This document shows, piece after piece, positions 38,689-48,528 of a DNA stretch of 64,000 nucleotides. The DNA comes from Candidatus Yanofskybacteria bacterium. Lineage in GTDB: Bacteria > Patescibacteriota > Minisyncoccia > 2-02-FULL-40-12 > IGHO2-12-FULL-4. Position 1 is the first letter of the stretch; the number at the start of each line of letters is the position of its first letter. The position numbers and the translations under genes were made by a program. The notes under the pieces were generated by a model. The model was not told the DNA's origin. It did not search any database and saw only the letters and a list, made by a program, of their open reading frames with translations. The DNA lies in the NCBI GenBank assembly GCA_016185525.1, contig JACPNK010000006.1:22728-86727 (forward strand). The letters are read 5' to 3'.

Positions 38689-38730
38689 GGTTCGTCTCCT
38701 TTCTAAGACTGTTGGTAAGCGTAGCAATTT

Positions 38731-39999
38731 TTACCCACTTTTGTCAAGGGCGGTTTTGCGGTGGGTTTTGCGATAATAGCTTATTGCGAAACGATGAGCT
38801 TCACTGTCAGCCCAAAGAATCAACTTTCTGACATCGGGTGTCAGAAAGTCTAGGTGGAACGGTTTTGGGCTTGCCGGAGTAAAGACGTGGTCGGCTTGAT
38901 GTTTTTTGTTTTTGGTTAGGGCGATAATTTGGATTTGTTTGGGGATGATTGAAGATGCGGTATTCAGTTGCGCTTTTCCACCGTCAACCAAAATCAAATC
39001 AGGCATGGGCCATTCTTTGTGTCTTAATCTCCTTGATAATACTTCTTTAAGCATGGCGATGTCATCAGGAGAAGACTTTGATTGAATTTTAAATTTACGG
39101 TACTGGCTTTTGTCCGGCTGGCCGTCAGTAAAAACTGCCATAGCTCCGACGGCATCAGTTCCTTGAATATTAGATACATCGTAAGCTTCAATTCGTCTTG
39201 GCAAGTCATTAAATACTCCCTGAGGACAGTCCTCAGGGGATTTGTTTATTATTCTGGCGTTTTCAAAAACCTTTTTTAAATTATCGAGCTGTTTGCGTAT
39301 CTTTATCGCTTCTTTAAATTTTTCTTTCTTGGCTAGCGCCATCATTTCTTTCTCTAATTGTTTTGCCAACACCACTCTTTTTCCACTTAAAATATTTCTT
39401 ATCGCTCCGATATTTTTCTGATAAATCCTTAATTCATAATTCACCTGCCCGTCAGTCACCTTGGCTCCAGGCCATGGCAGGCGGGTAATTCTTGATTCAT
39501 TTTTCAGGCAGCAATATCCGGGGCAATTTTCAAGGTGGTAATTTAAACAATAGTTGTGGTGCGTCTGTTTGCAGGTGCAGTAAGGGAAAACCCGGCGAAG
39601 AACTTTCAACGTGATTTTGAGGGCTCCGCCATCGGTAAAGGGGCCGATGTCTTTTTGCTGATGAGATGTGAATATTTTTGGGAAGATGTCCTTAGTAAAG
39701 TTCACATAAAAATATTGCTTATCGTCTCGCATCAAAATGTTGAATTTTGGGCGGTGTTTTTTGATAAGTTGTGATTCTAAAATCAACGCTTCAATCTCCG
39801 AACCTGTTTCTTGCCACTCAAGCCCATCGGCTGTTTCCAGCATATTCAAAACTCGCATGTCTTTAATGCTTTTGGAGAGGTAAAATCTTAAACGATTTCT
39901 TAAGTCGGCCGCTTTGCCTATGTAAATTATTTTTTTGTTCTTGTCCTTAAAAAAATAAACCCCTGACTTTTTGGGGATTTTTGTTTTTAACTTAAGCAT
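38731..39999 (-). CDS. uvrC: UvrC-like excinuclease lacking the C-terminal HhH domain
   Basis: GVY..IIYIGKA GIY-YIG, RIEAYDVSN, PDLILVDGG. Confidence 0.88.
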   Translation of the reverse strand: MLKLKTKIPKKSGVYFFKDKNKKIIYIGKAADLRNRLRFYLSKSIKDMRVLNMLETADGLEWQETGSEIEALILESQLIKKHRPKFNILMRDDKQYFYVNFTKDIFPKIFTSHQQKDIGPFTDGGALKITLKVLRRVFPYCTCKQTHHNYCLNYHLENCPGYCCLKNESRITRLPWPGAKVTDGQVNYELRIYQKNIGAIRNILSGKRVVLAKQLEKEMMALAKKEKFKEAIKIRKQLDNLKKVFENARIINKSPEDCPQGVFNDLPRRIEAYDVSNIQGTDAVGAMAVFTDGQPDKSQYRKFKIQSKSSPDDIAMLKEVLSRRLRHKEWPMPDLILVDGGKAQLNTASSIIPKQIQIIALTKNKKHQADHVFTPASPKPFHLDFLTPDVRKLILWADSEAHRFAISYYRKTHRKTALDKSG

Positions 40000-40140
40000 A
40001 ATAATCCAAGGATGACCCTTGGATTATTAAAGCACATACCTACTATTTTGGTCAAAGGTTGGCGGGCTTGCTATCTTGGCAGATAAGTTGTACTCTTTGT
40101 CCAGCAATATTAGGGATGTTTTTTGACAACGAGGAATAAA

Positions 40141-41196
40141 ATGAAAGAAGAAGCAGTTAGAAAGATATTGGAAAAATGCCGCCGGGCCAGAGAAGAAATT
40201 CACCGGAAAATTATCGGTTTGGACGGGCATATTACTTTGCTTTTTGTTACTCTACTTGCCAAGGGGCATATTTTGATTGAGGGTGAACCTGGTGAAGGCA
40301 AGTCGCTTTTGGCCAGTGCTTTTCTTGAGATCTTCAACTTGGACGCCAGCAGAATCCAAATGACAGCCGATATCATGCCTGAAGACATACGCTTTGCATA
40401 TAATCTTCTGCAGGAAGGCGGAACGGAGCTAAAAAACTTAAAGGTGGACAGAGGTTCTCTTTTTGCCCAGCTTATTTTGATTGACGAAATTAACCGGGCA
40501 CAGCCCAAGACCCAGTCTGTTCTTCTGGAACCGATGGAAGAGGGAACGATAAGCTATGAACGCAAGACTATAAAGATGAAGCAGCCGTATATGGTAATTG
40601 CCACAGCCAATCCGGTGGAGACTTCCACGGGAGGAGTGTTTGAGCTGCCTCCGGCCGCTTGCGACCGTTTTATGCTTAAGGACCTTTATCCGTATCCGAA
40701 CATAGAATTACTAAAAAAAATCTATGTGCGTGACCGGCGGCACCTTTCGCTGGAGAAAATTTTTATGAGCGGCGATGAGATTTTGGAAGCCCAGAACTTT
40801 GTGACTGAATTTCGTCTGCGTTACGACGAACACCACTATATTATTGAGTATATTGCTCGTCTCATCAACTGCATTCGCCAGAGCGGTTTAATCAGGCATG
40901 ACGAGGAAAAGGGCAGTGGTTATGGTCCGACTCCGCGCGCGGGAGAAGATCTTTTGGATGCGGCCGCGGCTTATGTGGTTTTACATTGGCAAGAACGTCA
41001 AATAAAACACGTGACTTTTGACGATGTTCTGCAGCTGGTTTATCCCACTGTCCGTTTCAAATTTGTCTTTGATCCCAGAAAAAGAGCGGAAGCGAGAGAA
41101 CTGGGTATCAACAGCAACGACGATCTTATCAGAATTGCCATAGCCAATACGCCCATTCCCATTGGCTTAAAAAAAGTTAAGGCGGTTCGGCCATGA
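40141..41196 (+). CDS. MoxR-family AAA+ ATPase
   Basis: GHILIEGEPGEGKS, IDEINRAQPKTQSVLLEPM, ATANP, DRF. Confidence 0.93.
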   Translation: MKEEAVRKILEKCRRAREEIHRKIIGLDGHITLLFVTLLAKGHILIEGEPGEGKSLLASAFLEIFNLDASRIQMTADIMPEDIRFAYNLLQEGGTELKNLKVDRGSLFAQLILIDEINRAQPKTQSVLLEPMEEGTISYERKTIKMKQPYMVIATANPVETSTGGVFELPPAACDRFMLKDLYPYPNIELLKKIYVRDRRHLSLEKIFMSGDEILEAQNFVTEFRLRYDEHHYIIEYIARLINCIRQSGLIRHDEEKGSGYGPTPRAGEDLLDAAAAYVVLHWQERQIKHVTFDDVLQLVYPTVRFKFVFDPRKRAEARELGINSNDDLIRIAIANTPIPIGLKKVKAVRP

Positions 41197-42038
41197 GTAC
41201 GGACCGTCATCAATTACGCCTTCAGATATCTAGAAAAATTTACGGAACTACGGCTGGCGGACACACAAGTGTGTACAAGTCAACAAGCGGGTATGAGTTA
41301 AGCGAAAAAAGACCATTTCAAATTTCTGATAATCCCAAAGCGGTTGACCTTGTTTCAACTATCACTAAAGACACCTGGTTGGTAAAAGTTAAAAATCCTG
41401 ACAAGGGGGCCAACATTTTTATGTCGTGGGATGTTTCTGGTTCTCACCAATTTGGTCCCCTTGGCAAAAGCAAACTGAAGTTCATGTCTGAACTAAGCGA
41501 GTTGTTAGTGGCTGCTTGTGTCGGCGAGGGTAATCGTGTGGCTATGATTTGCCATACGGAAGTTGTGGAGCACTTTACTTCTTTGACCACCAACCGTTTT
41601 CTTCTTGAAGAGTCAAGCGGATTTATCAAAGAAGGCGTTTTCAAGCGCAAAGGCACAAATTTGAACGCATCAATTCGCGAGATCATGGAATGCGCCAGTA
41701 CCAGCGGACAAAAACCGGATTTGGTTTTTATTGTGTCCGACTTTCTGGCGCAGGACTTTGAAAAAAAGTTGCGCGCTCTGGCGCAGGAAGTTGACTGTGT
41801 CGCTCTGGTTCTGCGGGAGCCGGTTGAGGAAAAATTTCCGGCATTGAGCGGAGCAATGGCGGTCAGAGATCTTGAGACCGGGAAAATCTTTTATGCCTCC
41901 GGACTGACCAATCTGTATGGCGATTTGAGCGCGTGGTTCAAAAAAAATCAGATAACCCATGTTTTCATGGATACTTCGCGGCCAGTTTTGGAGAATCTTG
42001 ACCGCTTAGCGCAGGTTTTGGAGGACAAATTTGATTGA
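41193..42038 (+). CDS. DUF58 family protein
   Basis: GGHTS..GYELSEKRPF, DVSGS, IVSDF, RDLETG; MoxR operon position. Confidence 0.85.
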   Translation: MSTDRHQLRLQISRKIYGTTAGGHTSVYKSTSGYELSEKRPFQISDNPKAVDLVSTITKDTWLVKVKNPDKGANIFMSWDVSGSHQFGPLGKSKLKFMSELSELLVAACVGEGNRVAMICHTEVVEHFTSLTTNRFLLEESSGFIKEGVFKRKGTNLNASIREIMECASTSGQKPDLVFIVSDFLAQDFEKKLRALAQEVDCVALVLREPVEEKFPALSGAMAVRDLETGKIFYASGLTNLYGDLSAWFKKNQITHVFMDTSRPVLENLDRLAQVLEDKFD

Positions 42039-42051
42039 GAAAGGAGGAAAA

Positions 42052-43584
42052 ATGAAAAAGCAAAATGTTTTTGGCGCAATTCTTTTATTGACTGCGTGTT
42101 TTTGGCCGGCAGTTTTTGGCCAAGAAACGCCTCAACAAGTCGAACCGTCTCCTAAGCCGTCTTCCCAAGTGGAGTTGGTGGTCCGTGGAGCGGTTGTAAA
42201 TCCGGAAATTGTCGGTGACGAATTTGTTCAAGTCCGGCTGGAGATTCTGGTTTTGCAAGGACGAAAAGTAAATTGGGAGGTTACGAAAAAACCTAAAACC
42301 TTTGAACCGTTTACACTGGAAAGTTCTTCTGTGGTCGAGAGGGGCATTCCTCTTGACTCGAGGTTTAAAGATTATAATGCATTTGAAGTTCTGATTTTCT
42401 TGTCTTTACCAGACAAACCTCCTGGCAGGTACAAGTCTATAGCGATGCCTTTGGAAATTGGTTTTACCGATTTCCAGTATAAAGACCAAGCCGTGGAAGG
42501 CAAGGAAAAAAAGAAAACGGTTTACTTGAAAGGCTTTACGGTCTCCAAAGTTTCTCTTCGTGCAGAGCTTGATGCTGACAGAAAGTCGTTGGAAATCGGA
42601 GACCAGTTCAACATTATCTTAAAAATTGTACATGACCCGGAAACGCGTGTTTTAAATCTCCGACAACCCGCTTCGCCAGAGTTACAGCCCAGCCTCGACT
42701 CGCATCTTCGGCGAGGCGGGCAAGGCGAGCCGAAAGATATTGATGCCTCTGAAAGTAGCGTTTTGTTTCTGGACAAGGTCAAAATGCCGGGTAATGAAAC
42801 GCTTGGCGTAGAGATGAAAGAAACAAGTGAAAGCGTTTCTCGCAAGGTGACCCAAATTGTTTATCATCTCACCTCTTTTGAGCTTCCGCCGCAAGAATTT
42901 AAAATTGGGCCTTTGTCTGTTTTGTATCAGGCAAAAGACGCGGAAAATGCCCAGTCTTATAAAACGGGTGAGCTTAGCATAAAGCTCAACAGCGTATTAA
43001 CTAAAAATTCCCAATGGGAAGGAACCAAGTCTCCTGTTTTTACTGACGCATTTGAGCGTTTCTGGCTGATAACCGTACCATACTACGGGTCGGCAACGTC
43101 TGCTATCTTGTTGGTTGTTGTGCTGTGTTTTTGGCTGGCAAACTTTATTCTTGCCGCGCGCAAGAAGACCAGAGAAGAAATTCTGCCCGTCCAACTTCTG
43201 CTTGAAAGAAAATCGCCGATGCCGTTCTTTATCAGGCATTGGGCATATCTACGGTTTAATTATAGAAAGTTGGCAGCAGGTAACAGGGAACTACTTGAAA
43301 ACTTTATTTGTCACTATCGGCTTTGCGCCGGTTCTGCTGAAGGTTTGTCTACGGACAGAGCTTTGACGCTGACAGCCGGGCAATTCAAGAAATGTACGGC
43401 TGGGTCAGCATTATTGCTTGGTAAGCTGGAAAATTCTCTTTTTGAAAATGTTCAGCCTGATTTTTCTGAAAATGAGCTACGGGATGTGTTGAGTGACTTA
43501 GCCAGAACTAAACTAAGAGAAGGTTTGCAAAGATTTTTTAACAGGCTGTATGTTTTTACCAAAAACGCGGTTAGACATTCTTAA
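42052..43584 (+). CDS. BatD-like exported membrane protein
   Basis: Signal peptide, beta-sandwich-like segments, internal TM; operon context. Confidence 0.6.
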   Translation: MKKQNVFGAILLLTACFWPAVFGQETPQQVEPSPKPSSQVELVVRGAVVNPEIVGDEFVQVRLEILVLQGRKVNWEVTKKPKTFEPFTLESSSVVERGIPLDSRFKDYNAFEVLIFLSLPDKPPGRYKSIAMPLEIGFTDFQYKDQAVEGKEKKKTVYLKGFTVSKVSLRAELDADRKSLEIGDQFNIILKIVHDPETRVLNLRQPASPELQPSLDSHLRRGGQGEPKDIDASESSVLFLDKVKMPGNETLGVEMKETSESVSRKVTQIVYHLTSFELPPQEFKIGPLSVLYQAKDAENAQSYKTGELSIKLNSVLTKNSQWEGTKSPVFTDAFERFWLITVPYYGSATSAILLVVVLCFWLANFILAARKKTREEILPVQLLLERKSPMPFFIRHWAYLRFNYRKLAAGNRELLENFICHYRLCAGSAEGLSTDRALTLTAGQFKKCTAGSALLLGKLENSLFENVQPDFSENELRDVLSDLARTKLREGLQRFFNRLYVFTKNAVRHS

Positions 43585-43598
43585 TAAGGAGGCAACAA

Positions 43599-44657
43599 AT
43601 GGATATCCAAAATCCGCTTTGGCTTTTGGCCATTGCGCCATTTCTCTGCCTCCTTTTTTTCTTAAGGCGGGAGAGAAAAGTTATCAAAGGCTCAAGGTTT
43701 ATTTTCCGGCGGCCGAATCTGGTTGATCGTTTGATTCTGAAAATCAGAAAACCTCTCTGGCTGACATCTGTTCTGTTGGTGATTTACGCTTTAGCTTCGC
43801 CGATAGTCAAGCAGGAGAGCCTACCCAGTTTCTATACGGAAAGCCGTGTTATGGCGATTTGCATTGATACTTCAACCAGCATGGGAGGAGGTCCTGAATC
43901 GGCCATGGAAAAGATAAAGAGACTTTCCAAAGATTTTGCCTTGAAACGCCACCAGAGCGGAGACTATTTAAGCGTGACCGCTTACAGCGGAATTTCGGGA
44001 AATCCGCGCGGAGGGGCGGCAATCATTATGCCCCCGACTCGCGACTGGGAAAATATTGAAAACAGCATCGGTATTCTTAAATCCCAACTTTTGGGTACGC
44101 ATACTGCTATCGGTGAAGGTGTCTGGGTGTCGTTGAAGGCGCTTTTGAAAGAACAGGTTTTTGAAAATAAACTTGACTTTGAAATGATGCGCCAATCGCT
44201 TAAAACTATCGGTACGCCGGAAGAAGATGTTTCCTACCTGCTTAAAGCGGCCAACAAACTGGGAGTCCAGAAAAATAAAGTGATTGTTCTCTTTACCGAC
44301 GGCTACTATAACACTGGTATTGATCCGGCCAAACCCTTATGGTTTGCCAAAAGGCTTGGTATCAGGGTTCACTTTGTCGCTTTCCACGCTTCTTCTGCAA
44401 CCGGATTGTCACGAGAAGAAGCTGAAAAACACAAGGCCTTGTTAGCTCAAAGCGTTGTTGCGACAGGCGGGCTTTACTATGAAAGCGGCAACATTGAGGA
44501 AGTGGCGCACTTTTACAGCCTTATTGACCATGCAGAAAAGGGAAAAGTTTTGGTGAAGCCGGAATTTGTCACTCAAGAAAACTATAAGCAATATATCTGG
44601 CTATCTTTCATTTTGTTTTCGGTTCTGATTATAAGCGAAGGGAGGATAAAAGTATGA
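43599..44657 (+). CDS. VWA-domain protein (BatA-like)
   Basis: IDTSTSM MIDAS, TAIGEG, LFTDG. Confidence 0.85.
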   Translation: MDIQNPLWLLAIAPFLCLLFFLRRERKVIKGSRFIFRRPNLVDRLILKIRKPLWLTSVLLVIYALASPIVKQESLPSFYTESRVMAICIDTSTSMGGGPESAMEKIKRLSKDFALKRHQSGDYLSVTAYSGISGNPRGGAAIIMPPTRDWENIENSIGILKSQLLGTHTAIGEGVWVSLKALLKEQVFENKLDFEMMRQSLKTIGTPEEDVSYLLKAANKLGVQKNKVIVLFTDGYYNTGIDPAKPLWFAKRLGIRVHFVAFHASSATGLSREEAEKHKALLAQSVVATGGLYYESGNIEEVAHFYSLIDHAEKGKVLVKPEFVTQENYKQYIWLSFILFSVLIISEGRIKV

Positions 44658-45274
44658 AAACTTCAGGAGTCTTTTTGTTGATTGTTTTGGCGGTAACTCT
44701 GTATGCCAGTTTCTGGTTTTTCGGCCAGATATATCAGGTTTATGACGCAAATGCTTTGCAAACAGAGCGTTCAAATTTTCAATCAGTCGGCAAGAATGTT
44801 GACAGTTTTTTGTCTTCAAAGGCCGGGATTGTTCTGGAGAAACTTGATATTAGTTTTTTGAAGAACCAAAAAGCCAAGCTTCTTCACCAGAAAGCAGTGG
44901 CTCTTTACCGGTCGGGCTCTAAAGAGTCGGAGCAGGTATTTTCCGAGGCCCAGACTTCAGCTGTTAACCCTCGGGTAAAAGCGGATATTATTTTCAACTC
45001 TACAGAAGGTAAGGTTATAAAGGGAGACACTGAATCGGCAATTGCCGCTTATCAGGAAAATCTGAAGTTGAATCCTGAAGATTGGCAGGCGAAAAATAAC
45101 TTAGAAATGCTTTTGCAACAGCAAGAAGGTTCCGGTAAGGGCAAGGACAAAGACGGCAAAGACAAGGGCAAACTAGACAATCAAAAGGGCGGTGGGGGCA
45201 ACAAAAGAAGCAAGATGTTTGACCTGGAACTGTTCCAACAGATTCCCAAGGGTACAAAGAAAGTAGATAAATAA
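44654..45274 (+). CDS. TPR protein (BatC-like)
   Basis: AIAAYQENLKLNPEDWQAKNNLE plus low-complexity tail. Confidence 0.75.
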   Translation: MKTSGVFLLIVLAVTLYASFWFFGQIYQVYDANALQTERSNFQSVGKNVDSFLSSKAGIVLEKLDISFLKNQKAKLLHQKAVALYRSGSKESEQVFSEAQTSAVNPRVKADIIFNSTEGKVIKGDTESAIAAYQENLKLNPEDWQAKNNLEMLLQQQEGSGKGKDKDGKDKGKLDNQKGGGGNKRSKMFDLELFQQIPKGTKKVDK

Positions 45275-45283
45275 GGAGGGGCT

Positions 45284-46348
45284 ATGAAATTGGGATTTGA
45301 CTTTCCGGCTTACCTTCCGTGGCTGATTGGAACGGCCGGACTAATCCTGATTTTTTACATCTGGAATGTCTTTGGCCGTTATAGAAGTTTTATGAAGCAG
45401 TTTGGAAGTTACTATTTTTTGCGCAGGGATAAGCAGGCGTTCAATCTTGTCCGTTTGATGTTCAGAGGCATTTGCGTAACTTTGATTTTTTTTCTGCTGG
45501 GGCTTGTGCTTATAGGGGTCTATGACGTTGAGGAAGTCAGTCATCCAAAATATGACGGCATGCAGATTGTTTTTGTTCTCGATGGCTCTTTGAGTATGCT
45601 GGCAGAAGATATTTTCCCCTCCCGTTTTGACAGGGCGATTGAAGAGATGCGCAATGTGACTAAAGATCTTGCCGGCAGAGGAGACAAGCTTGGTTTGGTG
45701 ATTTTCGCGGAAATTGGTATTCCCTATGTGCCTTATCTGACTTCTGACGCCACTCTTTTCCAATGGTACCTTGATACTCTAGATCCGGCTTTACTGGAAA
45801 ACGAGCTACCGCAGGGAAGCAATATCAGTGATGGATTTTATGAAGGTTTAATGCTTTTTACGGAAGAGAAAAAGAAAAAGGTGCTAGTTATTATCAGTGA
45901 TGGCGAGCCGGCTGATGTCAGTGGTCCGGACCAAAAGTATCTTGAAGAAAAATTTGCCGAAGCGGCAAAGAAAAAAAACGAAATGCAGAATGTTTCCTTG
46001 TTTCTGGTGGGTATCGGTGACCCTTCAAAAAAGTCTCTGATACCGATTAAAGACCAAAACGGCCGAATCGTTGATTACTATAAATATGTTGAAGGCGAAA
46101 AAAAAGATGAGTTTCTTCTGACTAGCCCCAATCTATGGTTTTTGAAAGATATGGCCTCAATGTTTGGCGGTGTTTACCGGCACTCAACAACTGGTCATGA
46201 CCTGAAACAGTTAATGTATGAAATAATTGAGAATCAGCGCCCGATAGTCAAAAGAGTAAAAGTTGAAGAGCGAAGAGATATAAGCAAGTATCTGCTTATA
46301 TCCGCACTGGTGTTAATGTTCTTTTTTCCTATATTAAAAAGCCCCTAA
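45284..46348 (+). CDS. VWA-domain protein (BatB-like)
   Basis: LDGSLSMLAEDIFPSRF, IISDGE. Confidence 0.85.
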   Translation: MKLGFDFPAYLPWLIGTAGLILIFYIWNVFGRYRSFMKQFGSYYFLRRDKQAFNLVRLMFRGICVTLIFFLLGLVLIGVYDVEEVSHPKYDGMQIVFVLDGSLSMLAEDIFPSRFDRAIEEMRNVTKDLAGRGDKLGLVIFAEIGIPYVPYLTSDATLFQWYLDTLDPALLENELPQGSNISDGFYEGLMLFTEEKKKKVLVIISDGEPADVSGPDQKYLEEKFAEAAKKKNEMQNVSLFLVGIGDPSKKSLIPIKDQNGRIVDYYKYVEGEKKDEFLLTSPNLWFLKDMASMFGGVYRHSTTGHDLKQLMYEIIENQRPIVKRVKVEERRDISKYLLISALVLMFFFPILKSP

Positions 46349-46359
46349 AGTTAGGGGTT

Positions 46360-47358
46360 TTATTTTTGCGTTGGTTCAGCTATAGTTTTAACAAAAACGT
46401 CAATACTGGTTTTTGTTTTTGATTTAAATACTGACAGTGCAACTTCTGTTCCCGGTGGTGCGTTTCTTACGGCCCACTCAAGGTCGCTTTTTAGAACAGT
46501 GACAGTATTGTTTACTTTTGTTACCACGTCTAGCGACTCCAGTTTATTTTTTGCCGGACTAAGCGGATGTATTGAAGTTACCACTAGTCCATTGATATTT
46601 TTTGGAATGTTAGCGGCTGACCGCAAGTCGGAGGTTAGCTCTTGCGTGCTTATGCCAAGCCAACCCGTTTGGTTAGAAGGTGAAAGTAGTTGCGGCAAAA
46701 CTGTTTTTAGGACGTTTACCGGGATTGCAAAGCTGATATTTTGCCAACCGGCCAACATCAAGGTTGGTATTCCAACAAGCTTTCCTTCTAAATTTACCAA
46801 AGCTCCGCCAGAGTTGCCTGGATTGATGGCGGCGTCGGTTTGTATGAAGGTGTGCGGTGTGGGCCTGTCTTCGCCTGGAATGTAGCGCCCGACAGCTGAA
46901 ACAATTCCTTGGGTTAAGGTTTTGTTTAAGCCGGCTGGGTTGCCTAAGGCTAAAACAATTTCTCCCGGCTCGAGTTTTTCAGAGTCACCAAGAATTATAG
47001 GCTTAAGATTTGGGGGCGGGTTACTGATTTGAATAACTGCCAAGTCAATATCTCTGCTGGCACTGATCAAGCGAGCCGGATACTCTTCGTTGTTGTAAAG
47101 AATAACTTTTAAGTCTCGTGTTCTCTCTACGACATGTTTATTTGTTACAATCAAACCTTGGTCATTCAGAATAACCCCTGTGCCTGTTACGGGGGAATAG
47201 GTTCCGCCTCTCAAAGGATTGCCTACTTGTATAGCTTTTATGCCTATCACTGACTCGGCCACTTTTTGATAAGTTGTTTTATATATGTTTTGATAATCTT
47301 GTGCTTTAACTGTGAATGACAGTAAAGTTAAAGGCAACAACCAACCCACTTTTTTCAC
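46360..47358 (-). CDS. HtrA/DegP-like serine protease with PDZ domain
   Basis: TNKHVV, DLAV, QTDAAINPGNSGGAL. Confidence 0.93.
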   Translation of the reverse strand: MKKVGWLLPLTLLSFTVKAQDYQNIYKTTYQKVAESVIGIKAIQVGNPLRGGTYSPVTGTGVILNDQGLIVTNKHVVERTRDLKVILYNNEEYPARLISASRDIDLAVIQISNPPPNLKPIILGDSEKLEPGEIVLALGNPAGLNKTLTQGIVSAVGRYIPGEDRPTPHTFIQTDAAINPGNSGGALVNLEGKLVGIPTLMLAGWQNISFAIPVNVLKTVLPQLLSPSNQTGWLGISTQELTSDLRSAANIPKNINGLVVTSIHPLSPAKNKLESLDVVTKVNNTVTVLKSDLEWAVRNAPPGTEVALSVFKSKTKTSIDVFVKTIAEPTQK

Positions 47359-47485
47359 AACATCTCCTTTTTAAGGTTCTCTCCCGCTTTTTTCACAGTA
47401 ATACATTTTCCCAAAACTAGCAAGTAAAGGATTTGGGACCGAATAATTCACGGGTATTTCTTGGACAAGTCCTAGTGTTTTAGTT

Positions 47486-48475
47486 ATGACCGGTTTAGAA
47501 AAGTCAGTTTTGGCTACCATAATTTACTATGATGTTTTTGACTTTCCTCTGACTTTGTTGGAGGTTTTTAACCTGCTGATTAACCCCAGGAGGATTTCCG
47601 TTACAGAAGAAGTTGGTGAGCCGGATCTTGAGAAAGTTTTCAAGGCTCTGGAGGAGTTAAAAAAACTTGGAGAGATTCAGGAGTGGCAAGGCTTCTATTT
47701 CCCATCAAGGCTTAGCCTTGATGGGAGAATGCTGGTTCAGGAACGGCTTGAGAAAAACAAAATCGCCGAGGAGAAATGGAAAAAAGCCAGGCGGTATCTT
47801 TTTTGGGTTCAAGCTCTCCCGTATATTGAAGCTGTTTTTGCCAGCGGTTCTCTGGCTTTGAACCATACCGCGGAGGAAAGCGATCTGGATGTTTTGGTTG
47901 TGGCCAGCCAAGGCAGAATTTGGATAGCGAGAGTTTTTATATCTTTGCTGATGGGTTTCTTGGGAGTAAGAAGGAAAAAGAATCAAACTATTGCTCCAGA
48001 CAAAGTTTGTCTAAACCACTACATTACTTCTTCCTCACTAAAAATTTCTTTTGAGAGTTTGTATAATGCGCAAAGCTATGTTCATTTGGCGCCAATTTAT
48101 TGTCGTAAGGGGGGTTTGATAAAAGATTTTTTAACTGAAAATAGGTGGGTTTTAAACTTTGTAAATCACTGGCCGGACCCGCTTCTTTTGCAAAAAAGGA
48201 GGGTCGCATCAAGCCCGTTTTTAAGAGCTATAGCTTTTTTGGCAGAAAATTTTTTAGAAGTCACTTTCCTTGGTTCAACTTTAAACAAACTGGCCAAAAA
48301 ACTTCAGCTTAAAAGAATCAACCCGAACCTTCCCGGCAGGGTTATTGCCAATGACCAACAGTTGGAATTTCATCCTTATTCGGCGGAGAAAACAGTACTG
48401 GAAAAATATAATCGGGCTATTGCTTCCCGCGATGTTTTTGGCGATTATCGTGAACTTGACTCGGGTTTAAAATAG
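47486..48475 (+). CDS. Nucleotidyltransferase-domain protein
   Basis: GSLALN..ESDLDVLVV pol-beta NTase motif. Confidence 0.7.
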   Translation: MTGLEKSVLATIIYYDVFDFPLTLLEVFNLLINPRRISVTEEVGEPDLEKVFKALEELKKLGEIQEWQGFYFPSRLSLDGRMLVQERLEKNKIAEEKWKKARRYLFWVQALPYIEAVFASGSLALNHTAEESDLDVLVVASQGRIWIARVFISLLMGFLGVRRKKNQTIAPDKVCLNHYITSSSLKISFESLYNAQSYVHLAPIYCRKGGLIKDFLTENRWVLNFVNHWPDPLLLQKRRVASSPFLRAIAFLAENFLEVTFLGSTLNKLAKKLQLKRINPNLPGRVIANDQQLEFHPYSAEKTVLEKYNRAIASRDVFGDYRELDSGLK

Positions 48476-48528
48476 TCATACTCTCACTCAAGATGTTCGT
48501 TTAAAATAATTTTTAGATTGGAGCAGTT

